Assembly: GCA_000934665.2 (NCBI GenBank)
Contig: KZ538166.1
Coordinates: 1 to 64,000, forward strand
Direction of reading: 5' to 3'
DNA from: Catajapyx aquilonaris
Lineage: Eukaryota
Length of the DNA: 64,000 nucleotides
Shown piece after piece: positions 42,531 to 56,382 of the stretch (position 1 is the first letter of the stretch; each line of letters opens with the position of its first letter). The notes below the pieces were generated by a model. The model made no database searches and had not been told where the DNA came from. It worked only from the letters and a program-made list of their open reading frames with translations. The translations under genes and the position numbers were made by a program.

Positions 42531-43017
42531 ATGCAGGACGCGATTCCCGTCACGCGTCATGATCAATCATATATGTATTACGCTCTATGGGATATTAAGA
42601 AAAAAAAGGGGGGAGGGGGGGGGCGACAAGGGCAGGAAGCATCATTTGTCATCAGCCGAGTGGGCACTACGACCAGCAAGCGTCACTCCGAGCTTTCTCC
42701 TCCAACTGGCCTAGGTCGTCTTCCTTCTAGAAAACTTCATAACTTTTTTTTTTCCAAACCCCCGACCCCAACCCCTTCCCTCCCTCTTCAATGGAATGGA
42801 TAACAGTGACGAATCTAAGAGGACGAAAATTCAGACATTAGCACTCGATTTCCAGTCGGAAGCTATTCATTCACCCTGACTGACATGTAAAATGTGACAT
42901 GCGAAGTGCAGGATGGAACAAAAGTATTGGAAGAAAAAAAAAAAACTTTTCCTGTCGACCCCGCATACATTCAGTAGACTGGTGAAAAGTGTTGACTTTT
43001 TTCTTTCAAATGATGGG

Positions 43018-43021
<4 letters not shown>

Positions 43022-43066
<45 letters not shown>

Positions 43067-43339
43067 TCATACCCCGTTATCAGCCTATCTGCTCTTTAGG
43101 GGGGAAGTTTTGTTTTGCCTGGAACTCTTTGCTTTCATTTTACTGCGCTTTTTGGGATAGGATAGGGACGGGAGGAAGCGGCTGTGGCCTATTAATTATG
43201 GAAACATCTCCGGAATTTTCCTGGAAGGACAGTGGGAAACCACAGAAAACCACGGTCAGAGTTGCCGGCCCCGGGATTTGATCCCAGGACCTCACGATTA
43301 CCAGCCGGACACCATATCCCCTACTCCAAACTGCTTCGG
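43022..43339 (-). mobile_element. tRNA-derived SINE with (TTA)n tail
   Basis: Perfect 17 bp TSD ttcaaatgatgggatat at 43005-43021 and 43340-43356. The minus-strand head has the B-box-like ggtcctgggatcaaatcccgg, the body reads gtggttttctgtggtttcccactgtccttccagg...ggccacagccgcttcc, and the (TAA)n tail lies at about 43021-43066 on the + strand. Confidence 0.88.
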
Positions 43340-45559
43340 TTCAAATGATGGGATATTCGAATCCCACTATTGTTGTGATTATGTGGAATGAAATGACTGG
43401 AATTAGCTTATAAAATATTTATAATCATTTTAAAATTATTAATTGTATATCAATTTGGTCGGCGAAGCACTTCAGGCAGTATAGGATACAATGCAATGTT
43501 TTAAGCCTGGGCCTAGGAGATAGGTCGTCTTTAAAGCACTTATAGGTAGGAAATACTATCCATTTATTGCTCTGACAGCATTTCTTTTGGATTTTTGCTC
43601 TAGAAGGCACCCTGGAGCGAGGGTGAAATCTAGTGTACAATATCTTGTACGCTGTATATAAAACTTGAGCGATGAGATTTTTTTGTACCCCCCTCCCCCC
43701 TATGCGGTCTAGGGTGATGTAAAGCGTACATGCTGAGGGATTTATTGCCACGGTGGGCTGCAAAATCATTCCGATGCAAATTTAATGTAAAGCCATCCGG
43801 GTATCCGAATAAATTTCGCGGCGAAACGGAATAAATATCTGATGGAAATCGAAAGATGCTGTTTAGGACAGGAGCCTGCCGGAGGCGAAAATCAGGCAAG
43901 AAGAATTTTTCCTTCCCAACCCGGTTTCAGGGAAATAAGCGGTTGCAATCTGACTTCCTCGCAACACGGTGTCCCAAAAAACCCACCGGATTTTTTTTCT
44001 GCCGAACTTTTTCTCCCCGTAAGTTTCCAGCAGCTGCCAACAACAAAACACTTCCCTAAAATAACAGCGTTGATGAAACCGGCTGCAACTGCAAGCCCGT
44101 AATAAATTGTCAGCATTGTTTTCTCCGCTGACTGCTAACATGACGGCTCTTTCATTAGACTCTGTGCGTCTTTATCCCACTAAAATATCTCAAACTTCCC
44201 TTTTTTTCGGAGCCATAGCTGCCGAAGTTGGCTTAATGCAATGAAAACCGTACTTGGTTTCTGGAAACATCGCCATTAGACCTAATTGACTTCAAAGGGG
44301 CACCCCCCACAACATATTTGCTTAAGCGTCGTAATTTAAATAGTTGCCGCATGCTGCACGGTACATGCCACGCAGGTAATTGTGCACGATACACACTTAG
44401 TATGGCCTCACGAATTAGTGCTCCAGTCTGTTAATTGTAAACGCCGTCCTTTTATACCATGGAATTTTTGAGATGCCAAAGGGGTCCTCTGTGCTAGCAC
44501 AATACGTGTTTGACCGGCATAATTGGACGCACCCGAGTGTGTACCTGCCATGAAGGTGTATATGATTGACTCCCCAGCCGACAACAATGGCAACAATGGG
44601 CAAGTCGTACCAACCTTTAATTTTATTCCGATTGCTTTTGCCCTTTGTTATCATCCTCCTGCAGTTCTTTCCCTCTGGCATCTTCCACCAGCACTTATAC
44701 GGTGGCTCAATCTTGATACGGAATTGAAAGTTTGCCTTGGCGAAATGCTCCGGGCGCACCAAACGCAGGAAATCCGCAGAAGGAAGCTAATCAACAGGAT
44801 GGCGAAAATGTGTCGGCTTACATTCACCCAAGTTTCTTCCCCTAGCTGCTTATACCTGCCTATAGCTCTTGCTTTTATCAAGCTAGGATCGGCCGCATTT
44901 CGAGCCCTTAGGCTGGATGAGAGAAGGAAGGAGGGAGAAGGGGGTACTGTAGGTAGACTCCCCCCCCTCCCTCCCCCCTTCATTAAAAGAGCGGATAGAC
45001 TACTCTTGGGCAAGATCTTGCGCTCGGATTGGTCCGGGTTATTGTGCTCCACTGATTATCCGGCGCTGCGTGCGGAGCATGTTTCAATAGCGGAGACTAT
45101 TGTGCTTCTCATCCTAGCTCCCTCCACTCCACCCCGCTCGTGGCTTTCCTCATCTGCCGTCTTGCCAATAAAGATGATTGCTTTTCATTCTGCTGGATAA
45201 ATCAGGGGGGCGGAAATCTTGCGCTACAATGCGGATGAGGTATCAGCTCTTCATTAGGAAAAGTAGCGCTCTCGGGTTATTCAGACTTGGCCTACGTTTT
45301 CAACAGAGTGAATGACGTGAATGACCCCCCCCCTCCCACCCCACTTCCTCCTACCCATCTCCCAAACCCCTCTTCCTTCATCCCTGGCCCCCGTGGCATT
45401 CCTTGTATATAGAGGACTATCATGCTTTTCGTACCATGGGTAACTGTATTGATTGCAGAGATATAGGTGAGGGCTGGGCAAGAAGGACAACTGGAGACTT
45501 TTGAAGATTTTAGCTTTGGTTTTCTGGGTTGTTGTTGTTGTTTTTTGCCACGAGTAATC

Positions 45560-45773
45560 TCCAGCACAATGAAGGTACCAGGCCTGAATCAGGTTTATCC
45601 TGAAGGGTAGGCCACCCGCACCACCCAGACAGGCTTGGAAATGAAGACCCTCTCGGGGTGGAAGTGGAGCAGTGGGAAGGCAGTGAGAGACCCATTATTT
45701 CCAAGCATGTCGGTGGCTTACCCTTCATGATAAACCTGATTCAGGTCTGGTACTGTAGCTTCATTGTTCTGGA
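45560..45773. mobile_element. Degenerate MITE-like inverted repeat
   Basis: tccagcacaatgaag-gtaccaggcctgaatcaggtttatcctgaagggtaggccacc pairs with ggtggcttacccttcatgataaacctgattcaggtctggtac(tgtag)cttcattgttctgga. Inner arms are gcttggaaat / atttccaagc. Confidence 0.72.
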
Positions 45774-48700
45774 TACTGTACAAAGTGATGTGTGTCCATT
45801 GCCTGAAGATAAACTGAGACAGGATAGTGGGTCCTAATCATCATACGAGACTCGTATATGCAGTAACATTGAAGGTAGTTTTGTAGCGTCCAATATGGCT
45901 GCTGGCTGAGACAGGCTTTAGGCTAGTGAAGTTTAACTTAGTTTGACATTTGGTGTCATGAGACATTTAGGTCTATAGCCTGAGTCGGTGGAGAGCAAAG
46001 CTAGAAAAAAATCTTCACCGTTTTCTCGGAAGGGCCAATGCAATAAGTACATTTTTTTGAAGGTATATTGTCGATAACAAGCTAAACTCTGCTGAGCCAA
46101 ACACAGCGTAATCAGGTTCATCGGCCTCCGGAGTATTTGACTAGGTGCAAAACTTACTTCGGTAGGAAATTGCTTTTACAGTGTCTTGGCGCTACATTGA
46201 AGAAATGCCTGGCATGTGACAGGTTGCAATTTCTTTGGGTTTGGCGCATTAAAATGTTTTGGTAAAGTTGCCGTGCAAGATAATTTACTTAAGGACAGGA
46301 TCCGATTAATTACCGACTTCATTCATTAATGCTTAATAAACTGGGTGATGCGATGTCCAAGTCTACAGTCCAAGAGCTTATCCAGTAAAAGACAATGGAT
46401 TTTGTCGACATACAAGTGAAATCCGCTAAGTACAAACTTAAATAAAGTAAATAACTCGAAACAGTCAAAAATGGACTTACTGTTAGTAGACTTCACGATA
46501 ATAAACGATGTAGTTATGAGAAGCCAAGACATGTTGAAAATTTTTATCTATAATCAGAAAGCGTAACCTCTGCTGCAAAGTAGTTACATGAAATCTACAC
46601 GTCTTTGATGCCGCCAGACATAAACGCCTGAGACTTTGATCCAACGATTATTTGATTTTCTGAAAGGATATTATTAGGAAGTGAATCTGCACCATTGCCC
46701 TCAGCCATAATTAATACGAAACCCACTCCAACATGAAGACGCTTTTAGTCGAGAAAAGTAGTTGTACAGCACTGGCACTGTGATGGTTTGCTATCTCGTT
46801 TTTGAAGAAAGGTGATCATATAAAGTTCTTAATCTGAGCTGACTGATCCTCCCAGGGCTGGAGGGCCGAGCTCCCAATTAGCTGGCCGCAAGCCGTTACA
46901 GTTGGACTGGCCTCCGATGATCGGGGAATGGTCCTCATCCCTGTAATTTTCGCCGGAAACCGAGGGGGCTGGACATCGTTGCCAGGACCGGATAAAATGA
47001 CCACTGCTTGGGACGGAGATTAGGATTTTAACCGGCTCGACATAATATGGAGCAAATTGCTCTTCATATTTTTTTTTGCCCTCAATCTACACTCACCCAC
47101 ACCGAATTGCTTTTGGAGGGCACAGGGGTTCAAATGGACCAATGGTAAGAGGAAATGTATTATAAGAGCTTAGAATGGGGTGGTTTGAGTTTCGGATTTA
47201 TTTCCATAATGGATTCTAATTTTCAGATTTACGATGGGAATAGGGAAAGAGGGGATGTGGCTTGAGATAGTTGCATCGCTAAAGTAGAGATGGCGCTCGA
47301 AAAATGTGATTTCCAAATTCATTAGGGCACATATAGCTGTGCCACTGATTTTTTTTTACATTGTCAGATTTGTATCAAACCTACCTATAGCCCTTGCGCC
47401 ATTTTGTTCCTACATGTTGTCAACAATTATTAGTTGACAATGAAAGTCCCGGAAGCTCTCGACCCAACCGTAATAAAAGGGGAAACGTAAACAGAGTCAT
47501 CACGACATTCAGGATATTTTATGGGTTCGCTTTTGGCCTGATTAGGAATTCACAATTAAGAGAAGGCTCATCCCCACAGTAATGAAAAGATACAAGGGTT
47601 TAATTCTCTTTCCAACTCGGCAGATTGGAGAATGGGCGGGTAATGTCAGACGAAACAGAGCCTAATGAGACGGGGCAGTTGCAAAATCTGGAAAAACGAG
47701 GAGAAGGCGGAGGAAAGCTGGGAGAAAAGGCCTCTTCGTCTTGTTTCCAAGGGCTACTTCCTGACGGCCTGTTTTTATAGGCAAGACATATCCTTTTTTT
47801 TGTACCAACCGTGCCATCAGCATTCATGTCTCAGTTGCGTCCAACTCTGGTTGATCACAAAAGTGCTCTGCCAGCATCAATTTGTAGGAAAAATGCAACC
47901 ACAAACGCGTGCAAAAAAAAAAATCCCCATACTAACAGTAGTTGTACAAACTGTGATGGAGGTGGGAGTTTTGGAGAAAAAAAAATGAACAGTGTAGATT
48001 GCTTGTTTCATTTGGGAAGTGAAATTGGTTAATTGCGTGCGTCCAGAGGAGCAGAGAGAGGACCAGCCTGCATGTGTTCTAAGGGTATTTTTTGGACCCC
48101 TCTCCGCCGAAAGCAGTGCATTGAAACGCGTGCTGCGGTCATAGTTTCGAAATGAAAATTGAAGTTTTAGAGAATCCCACACTGTGTTAGTAATGAAAGT
48201 TTAGGGCAGTTATCGCTGCAACTGAAAACCCTGCTGCAGGGGTGGAAGCTGCCTTTATGGGTTTAACCAGATTTAACCGGGGAAATTTAGTTAGTAGAGC
48301 CTCGTTGCGTACATGCAGGATAGTACGTACTTTTTTTAGTGAGAGGGGGGAGGCAGTCCTTTTCGCTCAGCCATGAACACACATTTCGGTGATCCCATAA
48401 TGGGCACCTGATTGCGATGATTTACGTCTCTCGAGGCCTTTTTGGAAGTGCTGCCTCTCAAACACTTTTGCTGCTGTGTGCATAATGAAAGATATTTGTT
48501 TATTTTGATCAACGTTACGCGGCTGCATATTTTTTTTAAAAATAATGTTATGTGTGAACGATTTCTCCCTGGAGTGTGCTCTGGGTGCTCCATCTCATTT
48601 CATATTTTATGGGTACAACGTTGATTAATGAGGCCACAGAATTGCTCGTGTTAGCGGTTAAACCAGATATGCAGTCGCTTTGAATATACCACCAGTGAAT

Positions 48701-49131
48701 ACTTGTAAATACTGTATAATGACACTTTAAAGTTATTTTCCATAGTAATTATTTTGCATTGATATATGGACGAAAGTGTTTTTTATGAGGAAAGAAGCGC
48801 AGTAATTGCATTAAATCATGATTAATTATTGGTCAGGTAATATAAAAGGGCAATATTTATGAGTCGTGCTTCATGACCTTTGCACTTTTATGGAGCACAT
48901 GTTACTACAACATGAATTATGAGCTTTTGAAAATTATCTGATGTTATTCCTGAGGGAATATATTTACCGGTAATCATGTAACAACTTGTAATTAGTTTTT
49001 AGTGTAAATAGACTACCCAGATATTATTACAATCCATTTCTATCGCACAGTTACAAATTAAGTTTAGTTAAGTTTAATAAATTAGCCATCAAATTCAAGC
49101 AACTGAGCTAGAGCAAATAGTCAGCGGTGCT

Positions 49132-49335
49132 ATAATAAACGGACATCTCCGAGAATACACTTATGGAACTTCCCACCTTTCAAGTTTCCATGGAGATGCC
49201 CCCACCCAACAAAAGAAGTAAACAGTGCCCTTTTGTTGACACTGTTTATTCCTTTTATTGGGTGGGGGGATCTCCATGGAAACTTGAAAGGTGGGAGGTT
49301 CCATAAGTGCATTCTCGGAGATGTCCGTTGACTAT
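49132..49335. mobile_element. Foldback MITE-like palindrome (about 200 bp)
   Basis: Arms of about 95 bp: aacggacatctccgagaatacacttatggaacttcccacctttcaagtttccatggagat... / ...atctccatggaaacttgaaaggtgggaggttccataagtgcattctcggagatgtccgtt. Confidence 0.82.
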
Positions 49336-49826
49336 GTGACGTTTTGTGGAGAAGGAGAACAAAGAAACCCACACAATCAGAGCCAAGGTGGTGATTGACC
49401 TTGGTAACCGTTGCCAGGCAAGTTTGTTGATGTGACCAACAGGCATGCTTATGTCCGGTTCCACCACTTCCAACAAGTATTTTCCGGATGGATAAAAGCC
49501 AGAAATGTGTTCTATGAAAAATATTTTCTGGAGGTGGTGAGACCGGGCATAAATGGGTTAAGATGAAAAGCACCCACCTCTCACTTATCTAATTAGCTCA
49601 GGAGCTGAACAGTACAAATTTGGTCTTACATATATTTCTAGCATTATGCATCAGATGGCTTCCGACTTTGTTATATCGCCAAGGGTCCATCCATCCATTC
49701 TCTCCTTTCAGACAGTTTTCTTGGAGCTTACGTTAGACAAAGTACACCTTAGGTAGAGAGGTAGTGAAATAAATAAATTATTAAGCCCCGACTTCTATAG
49801 CGTATGTTATAATTATAAACAGATCT

Positions 49827-50156
49827 AGGAAGGCGAAATGGCGCTTCGGTAACGTACGCGCCCACGTATGTTAAGGTCCCAGGATCAAATCCCGTCCGGG
49901 GACACCCCCTTCATCTCGTGCAGCGTTCTGGGTCACCTCTGGCTTCGTCTCGGGTAGTATTTCCAATAGACTAAACCACGCGGGGAAGTTCACTAAAAAT
50001 GGCCACACAAGGACATTCCACTGCACCTTGCACATCCCCTCCTGTCATCCTCCCCGTGGACCCGGGCGTTTCAATAAAAGGCGCCGAAATGTCCTTCAAT
50101 TAAATAAAGGATCGTGCGATATACCCCCAGGTGGGGGCGAAAGCACATTACCCCAG

Positions 50157-50217
<61 letters not shown>
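49827..50217 (+). mobile_element. tRNA-derived SINE with (TTA)n tail
   Basis: A-box-like tggcgcttcgg, B-box-like ggatcaaatcc, and a long (TTA)n tail at about 50158-50220. An approximately 15 bp TSD attataaac(a/c)gatct lies at 49812-49826 and 50218-50232. Confidence 0.82.
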
Positions 50218-50223
<6 letters not shown>

Positions 50224-51707
50224 AACCGATCTCTCAGGCACAGTTTTAAGTATTCTATAAAAAGCCCCACGCCCGCTTCCTGCTTATAGAAATTTGCAAT
50301 TTTCCTTGCTCTAAAAGCAACCAGTTATTTGCATCTGTACTTATGTGAAGCCCGTGACTTATCACCTGCTGGCTTGTGATTGTAAACGTTCCCCCATGTG
50401 CAAAATGACGCTGTATAGCATTTGTCAAAGCTCTCATAATCTCTTAAAGTGGACTATGACATGAAGGAAGGAAAGAAAAATAACTAAAATTGTTGCTACG
50501 AATCGTGCACAGAAATGAATGTTTGCAACACTCTTACACAAACAGATCACATCCTGGGTATGAGAAACTGCCTCAATTTCTCTCCCAACCAATCAAGGTC
50601 ATCTTCGAAGTTATGCGCGACAGACCATCATAGTTTCTACTGCCATAGGGCGCCTATACTTGACTCCTGTAATGACCATCCCTGCAAGTCAGTGAGGGTG
50701 AATCGAATTGGTGAAGTCACCCCTAGCATGCAATATGGCACGGGGATGTGATTTCCGTCGAGATCCATGGTTTGTATGGGTCGTCCTTAGCGCCTGCTCC
50801 CTGGAGGCCGTCTCTACCGAGATGGAGATGAGTTTTAATCTCCCCATATTGGCATCTGCGGGGGATTCCCTTCCCCGCCGATGTGTGAAATTTGCGCCTC
50901 GTGAATTGGGCTTCACGAGCCATTCCTGAAGCTATTCGGGGTTATCGGGATTAAGCGGAAGGGAGCAGGAGCGGCTGGCATGAAACCGGAGATTATATGC
51001 CTGCCTCCAGGATATCCGCCGTTACAAGAGAGCGAGTAGCTATCTCTCTGCCCGTAATCTGCATTGATGTATGGGATTGCTTAAGTGTCCTCTCTAGAAT
51101 ACTAAACCCATTTACCAGCAGACCACTTTGCTGTTTTTGTTTCTTCCCGGCAGACCGTATTTTATACTCGGCTGCTGGGCTTTTCCCCTGCCCCCACCCC
51201 CTCCTTAATCTATGCAGCCAGCGGACGAAAATAATAGTTGGAGGGCGAAACCATCACGACCGCAGATATTTTACTCTTTGATCGGCCACGGTGAAGAACA
51301 GGCCCCAGTGGGAGGGTCGTGAATCAAGCCTTATGCAGCAAAACCTTCATTCCTTGCCGCCTCTTACTTACGCCTCCTCCTCTTCAAGCTACCAGAATCT
51401 GCCAGCTATGTTCTTCGCTCCTCTCTCCCATTTTTTGGCTCTTTTGAGATCTGTATGAGCAACTTGAGGCTGGAAGGGTCTCATCCTCTTATAGGAAGGG
51501 GAACAAAAAAAATAGGGGCACACACGCGTTGGAGTTGTCAGGTGCACTCATCTGGGTAAATCTGCGGGCTGATCGCCCATATAAGCCATTCCCCCTGTCA
51601 AATATGGCTCATTTTTGATATGAGTTATGCAGGATGTATTTTCCACGGTTGTCAGGCAGGAAGAGCAGGACTTGGTCCACCAATCAGAGCAGTGCACTTC
51701 ATTCATG

Positions 51708-51759
51708 TTCATGAGAGAGACATCACCTTACTGCAGTGAGGTGATGTCTTTCTTATGAA
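51708..51759. repeat. 52 bp palindrome
   Basis: ttcatgagagagacatcaccttactg|cagtgaggtgatgtctttcttatgaa: 26 bp arms with 3 transition differences and no spacer. Confidence 0.7.
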
Positions 51760-54700
51760 AATTTTCACTTTATGAGAATTATACTCTCTAATGATAAAAA
51801 CAATTTTGTACCATTCATTACAACTACGGTAATGAATTGAGAAGTTGGTATTTATTACATTGCTCCACGTTACTTTACAAAAGCATCTGGATAAGACAAG
51901 GATTTATCGACTCTATACTATCGTCCTTTCAAATAGCTTCAATAAATTGACTCAAACATCGGTCCCGAAATACGACAAGTCTAGCTGTCGTAAATAGGCA
52001 ATACGTCACGTCTCTGTATTAGTGTGCGGTATAATTTTCAATTGATTGGGTGCAGAATAGCCATTGTTATAGTGATTGATGATAGTCGTTCAAAAAGTCC
52101 CATACATCAAATACGTACAACCACTATTGAGCGAATTATTTTCTACTACTGGGGTGTCATGAACCTCTGATGCACAGTTCTTTGTACACTACTGGAAAAA
52201 AAAACAACCTTGTACCCCCGCAAGCCGCTCCAAGAGGCCAGTCAAGAGGGCGAGGGTGGAAACGTGCATGAATCAACTCGCATGATCGCCATTGTTTCCC
52301 CCCGCGCCCGCATGTACGCTGCTTGCCAGGGTATGTGATATTTTTTTACAGTAGTACACGGAAGCCAAAAAAATTGCTACAGTCAGATATTTTTCAATGC
52401 TAATAATACCCAACACGAAGTTTTTTGTTCGATGACTTTGTTTCATGCTAATTAGCATTATCAGCCGCACAGAATACCTAGACTGGAACATATTTGAATT
52501 TTTAAATGCCCTGCCTTTTTTTTAGGAAATAAAATACTTCTTACCACAAATCTACGTTATATTTTCACCTTTTTGCGCTCATCGAAACTTGGCAGAACCA
52601 AATCTGTGTCCGTTACTTACATGAACCATGTCCGAAAAATTTACTTGCTGCTCCATGATATGTAACTTGCAATCCACCTTGTACGTACTTCCGAAATTGG
52701 GAGTTTGAAAAATCTGCCGCTGTTTATGACTTTTGGAACTCCCACGACAGGCATAAAAGAGACGAAGCAGCATAATTTTTGACGCAACAAACATAATCGA
52801 TGAAATACCTCCATCATAAAGTTGCTATAGGCACTCTTGCCTTTAGAGTTGTTTCAGTCCTACAGAAATATTTCTGGGAAAGTTGAACTATTCGGAGAGA
52901 AGTGTAAATGTCCAAGATTGTGGCAACAAATGCGTCTTTTTATTGACTACTCCATAAAAGCACACTCCATGACTACGGTACAGTATTAAAAGGAATGTAC
53001 AACAAAGGGACGGGAAGTGACGCCCTCAGATTCACAATTGGAAAATTTCGAACAAAAAAATGTGGTGCCTATAGGACGGAATGGAACTAGAGAAGTGTGT
53101 AATGAACCCGGGAAGGAAATGGGAGATATTGGTGGAGACCCAACCCCGATGGGGGAATGATGTGTTTCCCTCTTTGTCATGCACCCGAGGAGCTGTCGGC
53201 CTTTTATTGTCTCCCCACTCTGCGATATGAGACGCACCTTTATTGGATTCTGCGGCTACCTTTGACCGTGAAGGCGAGCTTGGCGCCTAAGAATGTGCTT
53301 TGTGGAATTGGGGTAATTGTGCGGTAACGTTCCAACGAAGGGCCTCCTTCAGATCGAGAGACAAAGAAAGACGAAGAAAATCCGATTTCATGCACGGTTC
53401 ACGGATCAGGGGGGGGAAAATCCGAGGCGGTGTTATGTAGCCTATACTTTCGAGGCTCAAGTGAAATACTTTAGTATGTGAACCTTGTAATGAAACTATC
53501 CTACCCAGCATGTTGAAGGAGCTAGTGCACACTTTCAAAAATAAACTTCAAAATAATGATGCTGTTGCTCTTTCAAAGTTTAATGATAAAAATAAATTAT
53601 CCAAAAAAACGATCAATTGTTATCTCGGTCAACCAACAACCATACACGTACACTGCGTGTAACAGTATAGAGCTAACATCCGCAACGGAGAAATTTGCGG
53701 ACTCACCTGCATTAATGGGATACCCGAATGGTGCCCACTGAAATACGAGCGAAGCAGGAAAATCGAAGTCACGTTCTCCCATACGCGACTTCCCCTTTTT
53801 GAAATTAGGGAGGCTTACTCTTATGAGAGTTCGCGACATATCCCTAGATACTGATACGTGCTAAATTAAGTAGGGTAGAGTGGTGGACTTTGTTTCTCAG
53901 ACTGCCAAATTATCAATCTTCTTGTTATCGTATAGACACTGGCTGTCCCGCACTGGCCAACCACATTGAATTCGGTAACATATTACAGCTCCGTACCTGT
54001 CAGCGTATATAACCTGGAAGAAAACATAAAACTGATTGCAGCACTGCAGGTTTGCAGACTGGTCCTGTGGTCATTCAGTCTCAATGCATTGCGTCATATC
54101 CTGTACAGTACAACGAATACGTCGTGAGCGCTGGGAAAATTTAGATGCATCATATCTGACTCGTCTATTCCGGCATAGTGGGAGGTAGGCACGTGACATG
54201 TTTTAGTTGCAGCCCATAAAAGAAGAAAGTGAAAGATGGAAAATATCTCATTCCTCCCCACTCTCATCTGCTACGGTGTTATGCTTCTCAAATGCAAAAA
54301 AATAATGCAACAAATACTCGGCTTTTTATTGAGGGATGACTATGCGCAGAAATCGATGCAGGAATTAATTTTTTCAGAGTACCGTGTATCGTTTTTATGA
54401 GAGTGGCCTAACTTTAATCACTCAACCACTATGCACAACGATAAAAATATTTTATTGCAATTTTTATTTAGCCAGAAACAACAGACAGTATTCATGACAA
54501 CTCGGATCGAAGGTAATACTGGTCAAATGTATTACAGCCACCAGAGGAATAGACTGTTCTGCCTTGACAGCCGTCATAAAAAATGCATGCCAATGGACCT
54601 CACATATGAAAAGTATAACTACCTCCATGTAGTGTGTGCGTATGTGGGTGAGTTGGGGGCTAGGGACCAGCTGATTGCATCTGATTATGCAATAAAGTGT

Positions 54701-56333
54701 ACACTCCCACTTTCACGTAGTTGAGCTTGTAAATTCTACCGTTTACAGCAGTTTTTTATGCTGGGCTTGTTCCTCCTTCCAATTAATAGTTAAGACTGCA
54801 GCTAATGGGGTGTCGTGCACTGTACCGTACTTGCAGCTATTATTTTCCTTGCTCTTTTGCAGCAGCTTTAAAATGCCACTCCAGGTATACTGTACACCAT
54901 CTAACAAGACCACGTCAAATACAGCCTACAAAAACTGAAGCAGTCTGACATCTTAGAACTTAGAGGTTCTATTTCTCGTGAATTGTTGCACTTCTTCCCC
55001 ATATCTCACCACTAATTATCGCGCCTCACCCACCCAAGACTTTGGGGAATAGTTGTATAATGGGTGAAAATAGGTAAGAGTTGAAGGCCCAGGCAACTCC
55101 TCCCTAATGGCAAAAGCAACTTTCCCGGTCTCTTCGTACCTGATCAGGAGTTGCCTAAGCTCTCCTCATTACAAAATACGGGCAGGCTGGTAATTACCCA
55201 GAGAGAGCCAAAGCGATCTTCTCTCACTCTCCCCAGCGGATGGCATCAAATCTCCCCGCTTGAGTTTGAGACTATGACCCGCACTTAAGCTCTGCCCCGC
55301 CCTCTAATGGGCGCATTAATGAACGCGAGAGATCTGGCAAGTTTACTTCAAGAGGAAAGAGTCGAGAGCGAGGAAGATATAAAAAAAAAGAGAGTGGAAA
55401 AAAGTAGGAGAAGAGGTTCTTTAGTATAGCACAGGCCTGATCTGCGTCCGAACACGCCTTAGGGGAGCTGTAAAGGGATGTGAGGACTGGGATGGTCCGT
55501 CGCCATGACGCTCTCTGGTTGCATCTTGACAATGATGCGCGCGCAGCTTTGGGAGTGTCAATATATTTAACATAGTTGGTATGGCCCGCTTGGGGGCTTA
55601 TGCACTAACGGCTAAATCCGAACATAAGCCGGTAATTTAATTTGGATGTAGTGTCATTCTCGTATTTGTTATCCATGTAATCTTCGGTTGTGCTGTGTTG
55701 AATTTGGATTTCTGACCCGCCGGATTTGGGTGAATTCATTTTATAACGTGTTTACTGTGAGCTTTATCGTTAATTATGCGTGAGCGAATCGACTGACAGA
55801 GTTTGAATGTAATATGACTACTTGTTTTGGACTTATGAGGAAATTCTATTGGTGAGGCTAATAATATGAACCTGTCTCCAGCTGTCAACGTCAAGCAAAT
55901 CTCGGGTTCAGTAATATTTAAAATTCAGTTATTTTGAATTTTATGTCGCATGTAACATCAAAGAGTTGAAGAAGTTGGCAACAATTACAACGAATAGGAC
56001 AAAATACGTAGAATATGCCCAATTAAACCAAATGATGCTTCATAATTTGCATGTTTTCGTAAGTGCTGATCTGAATAGTAAAGAGCATTATGAGACAGTC
56101 TCCTGCTGTTACTGTACTGTATGAACTGTGTATTAGCTTCACTAGATTTGCATTGTATTTTTTGTCATTGAAATCGCGCTTTGCTTGTCTTTGACATTCA
56201 TGAAGACATACTGTACATGTGCTGTACACTTTCATTCCGGCAATATCTGCATTAGGTTTAGAGATCTGCATGTACGTAGAAAGATAATAATTAAACCTAA
56301 TGCACGTACAGTACGAGAATTGATCCAGAACGT

Positions 56334-56382
56334 ATAGCACTGTACATTAAGTATTTCTCACGCGCTTAATGTACAGTGCTAT
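56334..56382. repeat. Hairpin with perfect 18 bp arms
   Basis: atagcactgtacattaag, a 13 nt loop, then cttaatgtacagtgctat. Confidence 0.7.

Noticed and set aside
44523..45200. Longest ORF in the track (225 aa)
   Set aside because: Non-ATG start, no recognisable domain, low-complexity segments and no convincing splice context; it lies in an intron and is probably a chance ORF.
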